In this document: positions 61,771-64,000 of the stretch, in pieces
Position numbering within the stretch: position 1 is the stretch's first letter
How the letters are laid out: each line of letters starts with the position of its first letter
Source of the DNA: Candidatus Latescibacterota bacterium
GTDB lineage: Bacteria; Latescibacterota; UBA2968; UBA8231
Reading direction: 5' to 3'
DNA length: 64,000 nucleotides
Assembly: GCA_965243025.1 (NCBI GenBank)
Contig: CBDETY010000003.1
Span: 5,408,001-5,472,000 of the forward strand
Position numbers and translations under genes: made by a program
The notes under the pieces: model-generated
What the model saw: only the letters and a program-made list of their open reading frames with translations
What the model was told of the DNA's origin: nothing
Database searches by the model: none

Positions 61771-61928
61771 AACCCGCGTAGCGGGTTGGCGAAGTCCAAG
61801 CGGCGAATGCCGCGCTGCATTAACCCGCTGTTAGAGGTGCGTTGGATTTTTGCTCTCCAAACTCAAATACTAAGAGCCTATTCGGAGATTTCTATACTCG
61901 AAACTCATCTGAATACGGGTGTTCAGAA

Positions 61929-62879
61929 TCAATGGGGGGCAGTCGGATAGGTCCCGTCCAGAGCCCGCTCCCGATCGCGGCGCACCCTGGCCAGATAATC
62001 GCACATCGGCTCGATCTCAAACTCCGCGATTAACTCATCGGTGCTCTTATGCGGCAAGTGTGAGCGCAGCGTCAACAGACACTCGTCACCGAGATGCTCC
62101 GCCGTTGCAGCGTCCGGACCGTAGCGTTCAAACAAGGACCGCACGCGCTGGATGTTGCCGTCGTGATGCACCACCCGCATATCGAGATCGAGGTCGGCAC
62201 TGATCAGCGGCGCCATGCCGGTCTCATCGCTGGTTCGGCGCGGCACACTGCGAATGAGCCGCCCGGCCGGATCAATAAACGAGCTGCCGCCGGCAAATAC
62301 CCCCGCCATATAAAAACCAAACTCAATAGCCCAGCGGCTCATCATCCGTACGCCCGTCCACATGGATGACCAGACGACCAGCTCGGGGCGGTTAGCGCAG
62401 GTTGCATGTCCTACTTCCCAGTAGTTGATATCAAAGCAGATGGTCAAAGCAATGCGGCCAAAGTCGGTTTCAAAAACAGGGGTTTCCGTGCCGGGGATAA
62501 TGCCCAGGTCCAGCTCTGGATGGGTCGGCATGTTTTTGTGATGCACGCCAACCACTTGGCCCGCACGGTCGATGAGGATGGAACTGTTGCGGCGCTTGTC
62601 ACCTTCCATAATTGCCTGCGGAATTACAACATACACCGAATGGGTGCGGGCGGCAGCAGCCATGGCCGTAACCGTGGGGCCGTCGAGTTCTTCAAAGACC
62701 CATGCGTCGGGCGCGCCCAGATAAGAGCAGATCTCCGGAAAGACAACGAGGTCGGCCTTTTGTGAGGCGGCCTGGGTTATGTGCATCCCCATCTTGTCAA
62801 GGGTTTTGGATAGCCGGTCAGGGTCATCGCCTGCAACCGGGCTGTAGCTGACCAGAGAAACAGTCGCGTTCCGATTCAT
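61929..62879 (-). CDS. Carbon-nitrogen hydrolase (nitrilase superfamily)
   Basis: ADLVVFPE, RNSSILIDR, HHKNMP, TICFD catalytic E-K-C triad; start ATG 62879. Confidence 0.88.
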   Translation of the reverse strand: MNRNATVSLVSYSPVAGDDPDRLSKTLDKMGMHITQAASQKADLVVFPEICSYLGAPDAWVFEELDGPTVTAMAAAARTHSVYVVIPQAIMEGDKRRNSSILIDRAGQVVGVHHKNMPTHPELDLGIIPGTETPVFETDFGRIALTICFDINYWEVGHATCANRPELVVWSSMWTGVRMMSRWAIEFGFYMAGVFAGGSSFIDPAGRLIRSVPRRTSDETGMAPLISADLDLDMRVVHHDGNIQRVRSLFERYGPDAATAEHLGDECLLTLRSHLPHKSTDELIAEFEIEPMCDYLARVRRDRERALDGTYPTAPH

Positions 62880-62941
62880 TATGCTTCCCGTTTTATTCCC
62901 ATTACTCCTAACGTTTTGCCGCTTTGCGAATCGCTCTGAGC

Positions 62942-63138
62942 GTATAGGACTGATAAGCGGCCATTCTTGGTAGTCTATATCGGTTGGGACGTGAGGTCGA
63001 GACCTCCGGCTCGACGGGGATGGATGCTGCGCGAGGCTCACCGGCCGATGGTGAGCATGGATTGCGGGCGGGGTTGGGTTGAGCGACAAATTCTTGGGAG
63101 TTTTCAGGCCCGAAAGGACGATTCAGGCGTACGGATCC
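62942..63138 (-). mobile_element. IS91/ISCR oriIS remnant A (197 bp)
   Basis: Reverse complement of 51247-51443 with one terminal difference (CCTATAC); abuts GCTC. Confidence 0.85.
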
Positions 63139-63470
63139 GCAGGCCATTTTTCCCAAAACCGGCCTATATCCTACCCGGCGATCAGCTTCCCTACCCGACT
63201 CGAGTCTATGGACCGCGGGTCTATGACAAGCTGATCGCGAAGGGCTTCAACCTCATCGTGACCAATCTGTTTCCGGTCTGGAACTGGACCACACACCAGG
63301 TGAAACCGGCGAACGGACCGGCCGATATCAACCTGATGCTGTGGCACCAGCGTGGCAACTACCGCTCGGAGGATCGCGACGAGACGCCCGATACGCGTAT
63401 CTACGATACCGACCGAATGAACCTGTTTACCTGGAAGCGCATCGAGGACCACATCGGATACCTTGCCCGG
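63139..63470 (+). pseudogene. Internal fragment of a DUF4038/glycoside-hydrolase-like gene
   Basis: YDKLIAKGFNLIV...DTDRMNLFTWKRIEDHIGYLARR resembles DUF4038 barrels; no start, breaks near 63470. Confidence 0.4.
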
Positions 63471-63512
63471 CGTGCTGTTCTTGAAGGCGCGATAGCGGCG
63501 GCCGACCCGTCG

Positions 63513-64000
63513 CTAACGGAAGGCCCAGCCAAACGCCCCGACGGCGAACGGATAGAGCAGTGTCGATCCGGACAGCACCGCGGCGAATGCCACCAGATGG
63601 CGGATCCCGGCGGGCCGCGACGATATCCGATCCAGTGCAAACCACCCCGCGACGGCCAGCGCCAAGGGGGCGTAGACCCATGAGCGCGACGCCGTATCCG
63701 GGTCGACCGAAAGCGCGATCAGTAACACCGCCAGGCCGCACAGCATTGCCGCCAGACCGGTGATCGATATCGTGGTCCACCCCGACAGGCCGCGGTCTTG
63801 GCCGGCGGGCAGGCCGAACGCATGGGTTAGAATTGCACCGGCCGTCGCCCCGCACGCGTTGCTTGCCATGTCCACCAGACCGTAGGTCCGCACGGGGTGC
63901 AGACCTTGAATGAGCTCGTCATGGACGCCGTACAGGCTGGCGATCAGGGCCGCTCCCACGGTCAAGGACCAGCCGTTCAGATAGTGCCGAAGGCCGGCGC
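63513..64000 (-). CDS. VanZ-like membrane protein (5' end outside window)
   Basis: SLYGVHDELIQGLHPVRTYGLVDMASNACGA plus further TM helices. Confidence 0.7.
   Translation of the reverse strand, partial: AGLRHYLNGWSLTVGAALIASLYGVHDELIQGLHPVRTYGLVDMASNACGATAGAILTHAFGLPAGQDRGLSGWTTISITGLAAMLCGLAVLLIALSVDPDTASRSWVYAPLALAVAGWFALDRISSRPAGIRHLVAFAAVLSGSTLLYPFAVGAFGWAFR

Noticed and set aside
1-64000. rRNA, tRNA, integron integrase or prophage genes
   Set aside because: None recognisable by eye; a covariance-model scan was not possible

Overview
GC-rich bacterial DNA; the protein families and C-terminal tails suggest an FCB-superphylum lineage such as Ca. Latescibacterota (inference only). Bases 1-12.2 kb are an intact gene block: MBL hydrolase, YbjQ, FAD/4Fe-4S redox genes, DUF3179, an ArsS-type radical SAM and a YyaL-type protein. 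Bases 18-40 kb hold a coherent cell-envelope locus that I cannot assign to a described system: TPR lipoproteins, a SurA/PrsA-like PPIase, three secreted proteins with 'TPNGDG.ND'/FlgD-Ig tails, two paralogous ~940-980 aa predicted outer-membrane barrels with Ca-binding-like loops, and a CBM9/DOMON-like protein ending in a 'TAVEEDSWGRIK' tail. From ~12.4 kb, and densely from 38.6 kb, the window is a patchwork of intact genes and gene fragments of different GC content. Six junctions carry IS91/ISCR-type oriIS ends from two non-autonomous families (A: 69-197 bp copies plus one transposase remnant; B: 293 bp). Two inserts are circularly permuted, which points to circular intermediates: a 4.2 kb oriIS-containing copy of the envelope locus, and a fucolectin-type domain inserted in frame into a purple acid phosphatase. 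Two IS630 copies and one IS5/IS1182-type element are also present. Amplification or assembly chimerism cannot be excluded without reads. All family assignments are from motif recognition by eye, not database searches.
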